This document shows positions 23,632 to 37,110 of a stretch of DNA of 64,000 nucleotides, piece by piece. Positions within the stretch are counted from its first letter, which is position 1; each line of letters opens with the position of its first letter. The position numbers and the translations under genes are program-made. A model generated the notes under the pieces. That model was not told the DNA's origin. It did not search any database and was given only the letters and a program-made list of their open reading frames with translations. The stretch lies in NCBI RefSeq assembly GCF_028641065.1, contig NC_073402.1, positions 15,314,001-15,378,000 of the forward strand, written 5' to 3'. Origin of the DNA: Leucoraja erinacea (Eukaryota).

Positions 23632-24743
23632 TGATGGCGAATCAGCCCATTGGTGAACCCTCTTGTGCATGAACTAACTTCTGGATTACTGGCACCTGCC
23701 TTTATACGGGTAAGAAATCAGCTGTTGAAATAACCGCCAGTAAGTCCTGGCCAATACCGTTGCTTCCAAATTCAAACAAAAAACAATGGCAGGGGACAGC
23801 ATCCCAGGCAGCCCCCCACTTCCCCTTGGGACAAAGTGCTATCAGCCGCAGACTGGCATGTAAAGCAATACCCAGCCCTACAGACTCGACGCGTAAAGGT
23901 AATCCACACAGCGCCGCCGGGTTTGGCACGCAAAGGTTTAAACAGAGCGCTGTCCACTTAGTAAGTGGGAATTTAAACAAAGAGCTGTCGGCCGCAGTGC
24001 TATGGGTTCTAAATTTAGCGCTACCATCTACAGCGCTATGGGGTTTAAATATAGCGCAATGACCACAGTGCTGTGGGTCACAGACTGTTCGGGTAAAATT
24101 CTCGTATAACACAAGGGAAATAGAATTCATTTATTTTATTACCATCTGTGGTGCAGTCATATGCTGGGTAAATCTCTTCATAGTAATAATGTGCTGAGGA
24201 TGAGTGGGTATGGAAAAGATTCTGTCCCACACCCCAATTGTCCTGCCACAAATGCCTCTAACTATTCTGTCCCAAGTGAGGGTACAGTTTGTGCTGGTGT
24301 ACCTTTCAGGTTAGGAATTGGATTTATTTTGAACAAACTTATTAACTGTAAATTTTTATATTACAAATAGAATATCTACCCACCCCCCCCCCCCCCCCCC
24401 CCCCCGGTCTGCAAATGAAGGAACTAAAAATGTTACACACACAAGCTTTGTATTTCCTTGAGTTTAGAAAATTAAGGGCTAATCCAATTAAGATGTTAAA
24501 CCTGATTAAAGGTCTTGTTGATGTGCACAGACTGCAACTAATTCTTCCAGTGGAGATTTGATACTTAGGAGGTATAACCTTAACATTAGAATTAGATCAC
24601 ATTAGAAAGGATTTATTTACATTATTTGTGGTGTCATTGAGTCATGCATTATGGACACGAGCCTTATGACTCATTCATGCCGACCAACTGAGCTAGTTCG
24701 ATTTGACTGTATTTGGCCCATATCCCTCTAGACTTTTCCTATC

Positions 24744-25095
24744 TATGCAGGAAGATTGTTCCCGATGTTAGGGAAATCCAGGACAAGGGGTCACAGCTTA
24801 AGGATAAGGGGGAAATCCTTTAAAACCGAGATGAGAAGAACTTTTTTCACACAGAGAGTGGTGAATCTCTGGAACTCTCTGCCACAGGGGGTAGTTGAGG
24901 CCAGTTCATTGGCTATATTTAAGAGGGAGTTAGATGTGGCCCTTGTGGCTAAGGGGATCAGGGGGTATGGGGAGAAGGCAGGTACGGGATACTGAGTTGG
25001 ATGATCAGCCATGATCATATTGAATGGCGGTGCAGGCTCGAAGGGCCGAATGGCCTACTCCTGCACCTAATTTCTATGTTTCTATGTTTCTATGT
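24744..25095 (+). mobile_element. Young CR1 LINE 3' end
   Basis: Nearly identical to 38596-38947; intact C-terminal frame and (TTTCTATG)n tail. Confidence 0.92.
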
Positions 25096-25586
25096 ACTTG
25101 TCTAATTATCTTTTTCAGTGTCGCCATTGGATCTGCCTCTACTGCTTCCTTTGGCAGCTCATCCCATGTACCCTTTGTGTAAAGAAATTTCCACTCAGAT
25201 TTCTTTGAAATGCTTCCCCGCTCGTCTTGAACCTATGCCCTTTGTTTCTGGATTTTACCCTGGGGAAAAAAGCTGTGGCCATTCACTTTATCGCCGCTTC
25301 TCCTAAATTTTATATACCTCTATATGATCATGTTAATATTGACCAAATTGAAGACACTATAAAATGGAGGATCCCTTTTGTAAGATTTGCTGAACCTTTG
25401 TCTGTGGAAAATTACAGGCTGTGGATGGCGCCGGCCAGTCTGAGCCCTAGATTGATATGCAGGATGGGGAGCGTTCCAGATGTCCTCTCAATTGATAATA
25501 TGTATGAGGACCCTGCAAAGAAATTATTGTCACACGTACCGAGGTGCTGCCTGTTTCCAGTCAGCGGAAAGACAGTACTGCTGTGA

Positions 25587-28232
25587 CTTGGTGACTTCAA
25601 TATTCACATGGGCTCCCCCACCTGCAAGCTCGCATCTGAATTCGCCTTTTTCCTGGACAACTTCTCTCTCACTCAGCACGTCACCTTTCCCACCCATGAC
25701 AAAGGTCACATCCTTGACCTGGTCTGCTCCACAAATCAACCGGTACTCGACCTCCATCCTTGCCTCTTCCCCCTCTCTGATCATAAGCTTATACGGTTCA
25801 CCATCCCTTCTCCGACACCTCGCCCCCGCTTCCTCTGAGAAATCATCTTCCGTAATCTAAAATCCATTGATCCCCACCATCTCTCTGACCTCCTCTCCAC
25901 CACTCTCCCCCTGGACTCAACCCCCATCTCACCTGATGATCTCACAAACCATCTCAACTCCACCTTGTCTACCTCCCTCAACACTCTGGCCCCCCTCAAA
26001 ACAAGAACCGTAACTTTCAACACATCTTCACCCTGGTACACACCTGCACTTCGTAAACTGAAACAGATTGGTCGCCAACTCGAACGACTTACAAAGAAAT
26101 CATCTCTCACAGGCCACCTTGAAGCTTACAAACTCCACCTCACTGACTACAAAGATGCTCTCATTGCTGCAAAATCTGCCTACCTCTCCTCCATATTCAC
26201 CGATCCCTGCCTAAACCACAGAACCCTCTTCTCCACAGTGGGCAACCTCCTCAAGCCTCGAGTCAACACTCTCCCTACCTCTACTCCGGATCTCTGCAAC
26301 TCATTCCTCCACTTTTTCGCTGATAAAATCCGCACCATCTATCAATCTTTATCCCCTGTACTCGACTCCCCAGCATCTACTCCACCAACTACCAAGGCTC
26401 CTCCTTTCAACATCTCCACTGACCTCCTTACCCCTCCTCCACACTGCTTCCTCTCCCAGTTTGACCTGGTCACCCCTATTGAAATCTCCAAACTCATCAG
26501 CTCTTCCAAACCCACTACCTGCGCCCTCGACCCTCTCCCCACTCCCCTGCTGAAGTCCTGCCTCCCCGTTCTCTGCCCCTACCTCACTAATCTCTTCCTC
26601 CTCATTGTCCCAAGGAATTGTCCCCTCCGCTTTCAAAACTGCTGCTGTTACACCAATCTTAAAGAAACCTGGTCTTGATCCCTCCTCTCTCATTAACTAC
26701 CGCCCAATCTCAAACCTCCCCTTTCTTTCAAAAACCCTGGAGCGTATCGTTGCGTCGCAACTTCATTCCCACCTCCTTGCGTATAACCTACTTGAACCCC
26801 TCCAATCTGGCTTTCGCCCCCTCCATAGCACAGAAACTGCTCTCCTCAAAGTCCTCAACGACCTCCTCACCTCTGCTGACACTGGTTCCCTCAACATCCT
26901 CATCCTCCTCGACCTGAGCGCAGCCTTCGATACAGTGAACCATAACATCCTGCTCACCAGACTCAAAGACCTCGGCATTGAAGGCTCTGCACTCAGCTGG
27001 CTCCGTTCCTACCTTTCCAACAGATCCCACTTCATCTCTCTCCACAACCACACCTCTGCTACAGCCACAGTCACTCAAGGCGTTCCCCAAGGCTCCGTAC
27101 TCGGCCCCCTCCTCTTCATCATCTACATCCTCCCCCTTGGTCAGATACTCCGCCACTTCAATCTGGACTTCCACTGTTACGCTGATGACACCCAGATCTA
27201 CCTCGGCACCAAATCCCCCCACAACCCCCCCCTCTCCCATATCAACTCCTGTTTGTCAGCTATAAAAACCTGGATGCAACATAATTTCCTCAAACTCAAC
27301 AGCGATAAGACAGAATTCCTCCTCATAGGCTCCAAAGCCACACTCAGCAAAATCAATAACCCCACTCTCACCATCGACAGCACCACTGTCTCCCCATCTC
27401 CCCAGGCCCGCAACCTTGGCGTGATCTTTGATTCCACCCTCTCCCTTGAGCCTCACATCCGCCATGTCATTAAAACCTCCTTCTTTCATCTCCACAACAT
27501 CGCCAAACTCAGACCCTCTCTCACACCTCCCGCTGCTGAAAGACTCATCCATGCCTTCATCTCCTCCCGACTGGACTATTGCAACTCACTTCTCCTTGGC
27601 ATCAGCTCCACCTACATCAACCCACTCCAACTGGTCCAGAACGCAGCCGCCCGACTCATCACCCACACCAAATCCTGGCATCACATCGCTCCAGTCCTCA
27701 AACAACTTCACTGGCTTCCCATCTCCCACCGGATCACCTAAAAAATCCTGGTCCTCACCTACAAAGCCCTCCACCATCTGGGCTCCCCATATCTCACTGA
27801 CCTCCTCTCCCCCTACCAACCCTCACGGTCCCTCAGATCCACATCAGCTGGTTTCCTCTCCATCCACAAGTCCTACCTCCGCAGTTTTGGGGACAGAGCC
27901 TTCTCCAGGGCAGCTCCCAGGCTCTGGAACTCCCTCCCCCAACTGATCCACAATTCCGTGTCCCTCACCATCTTCCAGTCCCGCCTCAAGACCCATCTCT
28001 TCACCTCTGCCTATCCTTAGCCCCACGTGCCGTCCCTTTTCATCTGTGCATTAATTGCCTCATACTGTGTTTTGTATTGAATTCTGTATTTACTTTGTGT
28101 ACTAGTCATGTCTCTACTATTTATTTCATTCCCCTTACATGTTTTTCCTCTACCTGCTAAATTTTTGTAAGGTGTCCTTGAGACTCTTGAAAGGCGCCCA
28201 TAAATAAAATTGATTATTATTATTATTATTAT
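25587..28232 (+). mobile_element. L2-clade LINE, 5'-truncated within the APE endonuclease, young
   Basis: LGDFNIH, PTHDKGHILDL and LSDH endonuclease motifs; RT motifs [50 protein letters not shown] few stops and a frameshift (~25836, ~26600, 27739). AATAAA and (ATT)n tail. Confidence 0.95.
26605..27741 (+). pseudogene. L2 ORF2 reverse transcriptase domain (disrupted)
   Basis: 378-aa open segment containing all RT motifs, bounded by a frameshift and a premature stop. Confidence 0.92.
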
Positions 28233-28662
28233 AGTACATGATTGCATTCGAGCCATTCACTGCGTACAGATACACGATAAGGGAATTACGTTTAGTGCAA
28301 GGTGAAGCCTTCCTAGCTGCCACAGTTGTATTTGATTTATTTCTTGAAGGTGGTCATGATTACATCACCTCTAACATCTTCTAGGATATCCTAGCCTTCT
28401 CAGATGAAATTGTGGAGTTGTGTCTGCAGTTCTTCAACACCACGGATATACTTTCAGCAAGGATGTTGTTTGCTCCTGAGACCTTGTTGCCTTTGGCTGG
28501 ATATAATCTTTTTGACTTCTTGTCAGTCAGAAATGGCAAAATGGCAGCAAGGTTGGACATAATAGGCTGCTAGAGGGTGGAGCTAAGGATTCTCATGGCA
28601 TGGAGAGCATTGCAAGTGAGGTGGTCTTCAAAGCAACTGCTCTCTGTCAATCTCCACTCTTT

Positions 28663-28974
28663 TGTTTAGCTTTGGTTTAGAGATAGTGCGTGGAAACAGG
28701 CCCCGTCGGCCCACTGAGTCCGCGCCAATCAGCAATTCTCACACACTATCACTATCCTACACACACTAGAGACAATGTACAATGATACCAAGCCAATTAA
28801 CCTACAAAACTATACGTCTTTGGAGCGTGGGAGGAAACCGGAGCACCTGGAGAAAACCTACGCAGGACATGGGGAGAATGTACAAACTTCATACAGACAA
28901 GAAGTTGTAGCCAGGGTCGAACCCGGTTCTGGCGCTGTAAGGGAGCAACTCTACCGCTGCGCCACAGAGCCGCC
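28663..28974 (-). mobile_element. V-SINE (HE1-like)
   Basis: Same family as 22283-22602 and 58690-59004. Confidence 0.8.
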
Positions 28975-29357
28975 TCTGTTTTTGGCTTTCAAAGCGATGG
29001 GGTCTCGGATGTTTTGGCCACTGATAAAGTTGACAGCGCTGAAGAACCCATACGTGTCATTGAGTTGTTGAACCTGCTGCACTCATTCCTCACACCCACA
29101 ACCCTTTGGATCATTGGGTATCCACTGGGCCTTGGCCTTCAGGTGTGGGTAGAACTGTTCCTTTTCCCTTCAGGCATGGTGGAGCTTCCAATCCCTGAAC
29201 ACCTTGTGTTTGTGTTAAATAGCTTTTGGTTTTTCTGGTGATTCTCTTCAGACCAATCTTGGTTCCACTTAATAATAAATTCAAATATCTCTTCAGACCT
29301 GCAGTCAACGCATGCTCAGTGGACAGTCTATGGTATCTAAAATATCATTTCATAAAT

Positions 29358-29790
29358 TCTTGGAGCAGAATAAAACAATTTGGCCCATCAAGTCTACTCC
29401 TTCATTAAATCATGGCTGATCTATCTATCCCTCTCAACCCCATTCTCCTGCCTTCGCCCCATAACCACTGACACCCGTACTAATCAAGAATCTGTCAATT
29501 TCCACCTTAAAAATATCTATTGACTTGGCCTCCACAGTCATTTGTGGCCATGAATTCCACAGATTCATCACCCTCTGACGAAGGAAAATTCCTTCTCATC
29601 TCCTTTCTAAAGGTACGTCCTTTTATTCTGAGGCTGGGGCCTCTGGTCCTCGACTCTCCCCCTAGTGGAAACATCCTCTCCACATCCACCCTATCCAGGC
29701 TTTTAATATTTGATAAGTTTCAATGAGGTACCCACTCATCCTTCTAAACTCCAGCGAGTACAGGCCCAGTGTCTTCAAACGTTCATCATA
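29358..29790 (-). mobile_element. CR1 LINE 3' fragment
   Basis: DVERMFPLGGESRTRGPSLRIKGRTFRKEMRRNF plus the 3' UTR. Confidence 0.85.
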
Positions 29791-30291
29791 GCTTATTCCA
29801 AACACAGTGAAAGAGACATTTCAAGTGTTCCATGTCAATATTTGAAAGACAGATGGATTCCATTTAGCGGCCGGCATTCCCAAATGCATCGCAGTGTACA
29901 TGTATAAAATTCGCAATGAGCCAGCCCTATTCTTGGTACTTTTCCAGGGAAAACAATTCCTCCTTATCAAAGCTTCTTTAGCAAACCCTGTGTGAATTGG
30001 GCAGCCAGTTGGAATCTGTGGTCTGGCATAGTTAAATGCAGAATGATGGGATGCAGATTGCTGCTTGTGATTACTCAGTGCAGAGAGTTCAGGATCTTTG
30101 GGACTCTGGGGGAGACATTGAATTAATTGGAGATGTTTCATTGCAAGTGTGCAAGCGAAGGTAAAGATATACCATCACAACACAATGCCGAGCAGCTAAT
30201 GAGCTGGGAGAAGTTTCTCTTCTCACTGGAGAAGGACTGGTGAGCTCTGTAATTTGGAAAAGAACATATCTAGAAATATAATCTTGTCTTA

Positions 30292-30735
30292 TCTGAAGAA
30301 GGGTTTTGGCCCGAAACATTGCCTATTTCCTTCGCTCCATAGATGATGCCTCACCCGCTGAGTTTCTCCAGCATTTTTGTCTACCTTCGATTTTCCAGCA
30401 TCTGCAGTTCCTTCTTAAACATGTAATGTTGTCTTGTTTGGTTTAGCTTAGTTTCACTCTTTGCATATATCCCTTCATTATTACCTCTTCCACAGCCAAC
30501 AATGGACCATTGAGGACTGCAACTTTGCTTGGTCATCGGTGCCGGCTCTGATTTGTTCTGCACCTTTTCAACCCTCTAGTTTCCCTCTCCCCTGATTCTC
30601 AGTCTGAAGAAGGGTCTCAACCCAAAACATCACCTATTCCTTTTCTCCAGAGATGCGGCCAGACCTGCAGAGTTACTCCAGCGTTTTGTGTCCATCTTCG
30701 GTGTAAATCAGCCTCTGCAGTTGCTTCCTATACAC
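30292..30735 (+). mobile_element. Two tandem Penelope-derived terminal units
   Basis: CTGAAGAAGGG...AAAC cores at ~30293 and ~30604, each followed by the GATG..GCC...CTCCAGC tail. Confidence 0.65.
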
Positions 30736-30934
30736 TCTATTTCCACCCCATTAGCTTGTACTAAACGTGATAGTAACTCCAGTAAGTACCTGGTTATATG
30801 TAGTTGGGAAATCATTGACTGTTCCATATTGTTATTTAAATCATTACATTTGCAAATGGTAGGTTGGGGCTGAGCTGCCCCCATAACTGCACAAACCAGG
30901 AGCCTGCAACTCTATCATATTAACAACATTGATT

Positions 30935-31340
30935 CTCCGTGGATTGTCACCTTGTCGAGGTGGAGAAGCTTGTGTGGACCTGAGATCCTGAGAGCGATGC
31001 CGCCTGGAGCTATGCTCCTGGTAGGGCCACCCATGGTGGTAAGGTTGAGGGTGAGGTCTCTGACAAAGAGCAATCCAACCAAGACCTCAATGGTGGAACA
31101 GGCGGAGGATGATGTCTGACCTTAGTGGAGCATCACAACGGCTGGGAAGGCAGATGAAGGCTGCAGCAGAAAAGGGTCTCCGGTCATCTTGGACTCCATG
31201 ACACTGGATCCTGACCCAGATCTGTCAAGAGCCGTGGGGTGGCTGTCTGTGTTCCCACCAGTCTCCCCACGTTAAACAAAGTCAAGCACAGGCATCCTCC
31301 ATATGGGGAATAACACCCTAGAGACACCCATGGTCAGTCA
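30935..31340 (+). mobile_element. RTE-clade (Expander/Rex3-like) 5' UTR-derived fragment
   Basis: CACCTTGTCGAGGTGGAGAAGCTTGTGTG...GATCCTGAGAGC..ATGCTCCTGGTAGGGCCACCCA...GACAAAGAGCA matches the RTE 5' leader as I recall it. No ORF follows. Confidence 0.6.
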
Positions 31341-32316
31341 AGGCAGAGAGGGGCTTAAGAAGAAGAGCTTTAGAAAATCGCTGACTTACTGCTCGGAATA
31401 CAAAGTAATTTTCTTTTGTTATCTTTCATTATCTGACATCCAATTGTCTCCTTTTTGCCTCTATCTTTTGTTACTTACTTTACCCCTCTGCCGATCAAAC
31501 CAGTACCTCACCAGTAACCACTGTCACTGACCACCAGGCTTTGCAGTTTCCAGTTTTCTCTCCTCGACTCCATCAGTCTGAAGAAGGGAACCAGCCATTG
31601 AAACACCGCCTGCCCATTCTCTCCACAGATGCCGCCTGTCTTACCGAAATCCCCCAGTACTTTGTTTTTCATTCAACTCAACCTCATTCAGTATTCCATT
31701 ATTGTACACTGGCATCTTTTTTGCTCCACTTCAGCTGCACTACAATATTTGCACCATTCTGCTGTTTTGCACTCATTATTATCTTTAGTGTTGTGTTGAT
31801 CATTACCATGTATTCTGTTCACTCTGTGAGCTTCATGTGAAGAAGAAGTTTCATTGCACCCTGGTGGGTTTGACAATAAACTACTCGGAATCTGATTTGG
31901 TAAATTTCCCTGTGATCTGTTCTCCGCACATTCACACCAACAACCCTAGGTTCCATCACTTACCATCAGACTCGCGGAGATTCACCGTAGCTGAATGTGT
32001 TTGGAACGTGGGAGGAAACTAGAGCACTTGGAGGAAACTCAGGCAGTCACAGGAAGAACGTGCAAACTCCCCACAGAAAGCATTAGGGTTGAGCCCAGGT
32101 TCCTGGAGTTGTGAAGCAGCACCTATACTGGCTTTGCCCTCTGAAGCCTGTATCTTTTGGTGCATAGACTTTAGCCACCTTTCTTGGTGTCTAAAATCCC
32201 TGCCCTCATCAGTTACTTTATGTGAAACTTTTTAAAACTGTTCTGACCAACTGGGATAGGGTAAAGCTGTGGCTCCTTCACTTACAAGAAATAAAAAGAG
32301 GAGTGAAATTTGCAAC

Positions 32317-32344
32317 CTGAAGAAGGGTCTCGACCCGAAACGTC
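32317..32344 (+). ncRNA. Minimal hammerhead-like core (best-preserved copy in a Penelope-derived unit, 32316-32412)
   Basis: CUGAAGA-A-GGGUC-UC-GACCC-GAAA-C-GUC: CUGANGA and GAAA boxes, stem II, minimal helix III. Helix I is weak. Confidence 0.5.
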
Positions 32345-32543
32345 ACCTATACATTTTCTCCAGAGATGCTGTCTGACCATTTGAGTTACTCCAACTTTTT
32401 GTGTCTATCTTCAGTACAATTTCTAAATCCTTGTTTGATAAGAAAAGAGAAATATAGATAAAAGTACAGTTGTAGCAGATAACATTCGAAAACCTATCCT
32501 ATTATACATACATAAGTAACAATGCTTCCAATACTTGTGGAGA

Positions 32544-32884
32544 GAAACATAGAAACATAGAAAATAGGTGCAGGAGTAGGCCATTCGGCCCTTCGAGCCT
32601 GCACCGCCATTCAATATGATCATGGCTGATCATCCAACTCAGTATCCTGTACCTGCCTTCTCTTCATACCCCCGATCCCTTTTGCCACAAGGGCCACATC
32701 TAACTCTCTCTTAAATATAGCCAATGAACCAGCCTCAACTACCTTCTGTGGCAGAGAATTCGACAGATTCACCACTCTCTGTGTGAAAAATGTTTTTCTC
32801 ATCTCGGTCCTAAAATATTTTCCCCTTTTCCTTAAACTGTGACACCTTGTTCTGGACCTTAAACTGTGATCCCTTGTTCTGGAC
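32544..32884 (-). mobile_element. Young CR1 LINE 3' end
   Basis: Same subfamily as 24744-25095; 27-bp tandem duplication at the truncation point (32831-32884). Confidence 0.9.
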
Positions 32885-34580
32885 GAAGGAATGGTTTTCT
32901 GTTCAGTGCTTATATGGTCTTCATAATGTAAATTTATTTACTTTCCTGGAAAATATAAATGATAACTAAAATTAAATATTTAAAAAGTGCAGCATCTTTA
33001 CCTGTGGCTAATAATTTGCTGCTCCACAAGTGAACGTGATGCAATTAACATGAATCATAGGCAAACATGCCATTGCCACACCCTGTAGTTGGGAATATCG
33101 TGACAGGAATCATTAATTGCCCCCAAAATTCCATCATAAAATTAAGAAAATGTAACCTTCCCATAAACGAGCAGGGTCTGGGTAAATTAACGACCCAGAA
33201 CAGAACAAGAGATTGATCAGTGAAAGCAAGATAGCCAGTTCGATGGAGTTGGATTATAATCAGATAGAGGAGGTGTGTGTGCCACAATCCCTTTCACCAA
33301 CAGTGTAAAATAGTTGATGTAAAAATACCTACTCATTCTATACCTTTGCTGTTTTATGCTCCCAGGGATTTTATCTGATATATCTATCTTATATTTTCAA
33401 CAGGAGTTAAATTCGCCCTCATACCTCCTGCCATGTGATGTGAATATCATATTTGATGCACATGGCAGCATTGACCTTTGCACAGTGTAGGCTGTAACCT
33501 CCATCTCACAAACCTGCACTTAGATCAACAGCAGTTCAACAGCTGAAGGCTGCCATTGATCTGAAGGTTTACTTTACTCTTTTTCGTAAACTTTGAAGAG
33601 TCGGATGCTTAAACAAGACTATGGCGTAATTGTAGCACAAACCGGGCAGTGGAAGAGATTAAATTGCTTCATATGTTGCTCGCTGAATGGTACCAATTGT
33701 CTGCTTGGAAAAATTGGGGGAAGGGCAAGGTGGAGGCTGACCTTCATGTTCTTACTTATATTCTGGTCTTCATTTTCTCTCTCTCTCTTTCCTTTTAAAG
33801 TCGTTATTTGTTGTATCAAAAAATAAAGTCCTAGATACTTTGTCTCTGGATTTGGCAGCTCATGGTTTGTAGCTATCCCTATCAGTTCTCAGGCTCAGGA
33901 ATCTAAAGCTATATTTACAGAATCACATTCATTATGTATTACGTTCACATTTACGTGCAGTTTGTTTGCCCTTCAAGGCACGGTGCCAGTTCCAACTGCA
34001 GGTCCCTTGAACTTTAGAAAATCTCACCTTTCACACTGTCTCTCTCACTGGACCACCAACAGTCTTCTTCTCCCTGCACCCTATGTTCACAATCACCAAA
34101 CAACTGTCTGATGACAAGCCACAAATCCAATCCAGTGCTCACCACTACTTCTAGCTCTTAGCGTTCCTCTCCGTAACTTTGTTAGAAGTGGTAGCTTCAA
34201 AATCAGTAGGCTTCACGTGTTCCATCAGAGTGTCCACATCTCCTGTGTGGACTCAAGTACATGCGTCTTTAGTGTGGATTCCCAACCAGAGAGATGCCAG
34301 CACGAATAACCAGTCCAGCACGCCATTTTGGAAGAAAGTGCTCCACAATCAGAGGCGCCACTGACCCATTTAATCAAGATCCCATCTTTTTGCAGGTAGA
34401 TGTAAAATATCCCACATCAGTCTTAAAGAGCTGGAGATTCCTGGCCTGTGTTTAGGCCACATTCAACAAAGTAACATTACCTGTGTTTAAACCGAAGATA
34501 GATACAAAATGCTGGAGAGGCCGCATCTCTGGAGAGAAGGAATGGGTGACGTTTTGGGTCGAGACCTTCAGACTGAGAGG

Positions 34581-37110
34581 CATGAATGAATGAATCTCTT
34601 TATTGTCATTGCACATGGTACAACGAAATTTAAAAGTCAACGGTGCGATTCACAAGAGCAATTTTAAATATATAAGAAAAGGTAAAAATATATACATATT
34701 AAAAAAAAATTACAGATAAATAACAATAGCAGCTGAGGTAGAACCATTCAGTTGAATGTGAGTGTTATTTCTTATTTTGCATTGTTAAGTTCACGTATGG
34801 CTATAGGGTAGAAGCTGTCTCTGAGTCTGTTTGTGCGAGTTTTGGAAGACCTGTACCGTCTGCCAGAGGGCAGCAGGTTGTGCCCAGGGTGGGAAGTGTC
34901 CTTCAGGATGTTGGCTGCCCTACCAAGGCAGCGAGAGCTGAAGATGTCCTTCAGGGAGGGCTGTGGGCAGCCAGTGATATTATGTGCGGTGTTGATGACC
35001 CTTTGAAGGGCTCTCCTGTCTGCTGCAGAGCAGCTGGCATACCATGCGGTTATACAGTATGCCAGCACACTCTCGATGGAGCAGCGGTAGAAGGACACCA
35101 GCAGCTTCTCCTCCAGGTTGTTTTTCCTGAGGATCCTCAGGAAGTAGAGTCGCTGCTGAGCCTTCTTGACTGCTGTGGTGGTGTTTGTAGTCCAGGAGAG
35201 ATCCTCCGTAATTTGTGTGTCCAGGAATCTGTAGTCTGAGACCCTTTCCACACAGTCCCCATTGATGAATAGGGGTTTGGGGGCTGCACTGTTCTTACGG
35301 AGGTCTATGATAATTTCCTTTGTTTTTGTGGTGTTTAGGATGAGGTTGTTGTCTGAACACCAAGCTGCCAGTATTTGGACTTCATCCCTGTAGGCTGTCT
35401 CATCTCTTCCTGAGATACGTCCAACCACAGTTGTGTCGTCCGCAAACTTGACGATGGTGTTGGTGGAGTGGGCGGGGGCACAACCGTGGGTGTAGAGGGC
35501 GTAGAGGAGGGGGCTCAACACACAGCCCTGTGGGGAGCCGGTGCTGAGCGTGATGGGGATGGAGAGGTGATGGCCCAGTCTGACGGTCTGGGGGTGGTTA
35601 GATAGAAAGTCCTTGATCCAGAGGCAGATGGGTTGGGAGAGTCCTAAATCCATGAGTTTGCTGGGGATGATGGTATTGAAGGCGGAGCTAAAGTGAATGA
35701 AAAGCATCCTCACATAGCTCCCCTGGTGTTTGAGGTGAGTCAGTGCAGTGTGAAGAGCAGTGGCGATGGCATCCTCAGTGGACCTATTTGCTCTGTAGGC
35801 AAACTGGTGTGGATCGAAGGTGGGCGGGAGGCTGGCTTTGATGTGCTGCTGGACCAGCCTCTCGAAACACTTCATGATGACTGGTGTGAGAGCGACTGGT
35901 CGGTAGTCAATCAGGCCGCTGATAACAGGCTTTTTTGGTAGTGGGATGATTGTGGCAGACTTCAGGCACGGTGGGATGATGGATTGGGACAGGGACAGGT
36001 TGAAGATTTTCGTGAAGACCTCGGAGAGCTGGTCTGCACATTCCTTCAGAACCCTTCCTGTCACGCCATCCGGGCCGGCAGCCTTCCTCGGGTTCACCGC
36101 CCTGAGCACCCGCCTCACTTCATGCTCCTGCACAGTGAGGGTGTAGTTGTTGTTGTTAGGGGCTGGTGGGAGAATGGTGACGAGCTCTTCTGGTTCTGCC
36201 TCGAAGCGAGCAAAGAAACAGTTCAGCTCCTCTGCCAGTGAGGCGTCGCCGTCGGCCGTCGTGCTGTTGCTGGGCTTGTAGTTGGTGATGTGTTGGATAC
36301 CCTGCCACACCCGCCGTGGATCGTTATTGTTAAAGTGGTCCTCTATCTTCCTCTTGTGGGCCGCTTTGGCATCCCTGATGCCTTTCTTCAGGTTGGCTCT
36401 AGCAGCGCTGTACAGGGCTCTGTCGCCAGACCTGAAGGTGGTGTTGCGGTCCTTGAGGAGAGTTTGGACCTCTTTTGTCATCCACGGCTTCTGGTTGGGG
36501 TACACCCGGATGAGTTTGTCGACGGTGACGTTGTCAACACAGTTCTGGATGTAAAAGAGTACCGTGGATGTGTACTCCTCCAAGTCCTGATTTCCAAAAA
36601 TGTCCCAGTTTGTCCTTTCAAAGCAGTCCTGTAGCTGTGAGGAAGCTCCTTCAGGCCAAGTTTTAACAGTCCTGGTGGTGGGTTGAGCTTTTCTCCTGAG
36701 GGGGGTGTATGCTGGTGCTAAGTGAATGGATAGGTGATCCGACTGGCCTAAGTGTGGTAGTGGTGTGGCTCTAAACCCCTTCTTGATGTTTGAGTAGGCC
36801 TTGTCTAACGTATTTTCTCCCCTGGTGCACATTTGATGTGTTGTTCAAACTTGGGGAGAACTGATTTTAAGTCTGCGTGATTGAAATCACCAGCTATGAT
36901 ATGGGCTGCTTTGGGGTAGATGTTCTCTTGTTTGCTGATAGTGCTATGGAGGTAGCCTAGGGCTATGCTAGCATTAGCATCCGGTGGGATATACACAGCT
37001 GTAACTATGACCACGGTAAACTCACGTGGAAGGTAGAAAGGCCTGCATCTAACTATCAGGTATTCCAACTCAGCAGAACAGTGTCTGTCTATGATTGTGG
37101 TATTTGTTAA
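34581..37110 (-). mobile_element. Rex1/Babar LINE (part of EN, RT, 3' UTR)
   Basis: CRPFYLPREF, VYIPP, IAGDFNHA and LGQSDH endonuclease motifs; [32 protein letters not shown] and KFADD RT motifs; AATAAA plus (ATTC)n tail at ~34581-34605. Confidence 0.93.
34772..36832 (-). pseudogene. Rex1/Babar EN-RT ORF (686-aa open segment, frameshifted from the upstream EN)
   Basis: ORF track; small in-frame deletions and a D>H change in MLFI(D)FSSAF. Confidence 0.9.

Noticed and set aside
21461-23672. ORFs spanning X runs
   Set aside because: Artefacts of the two N gaps.
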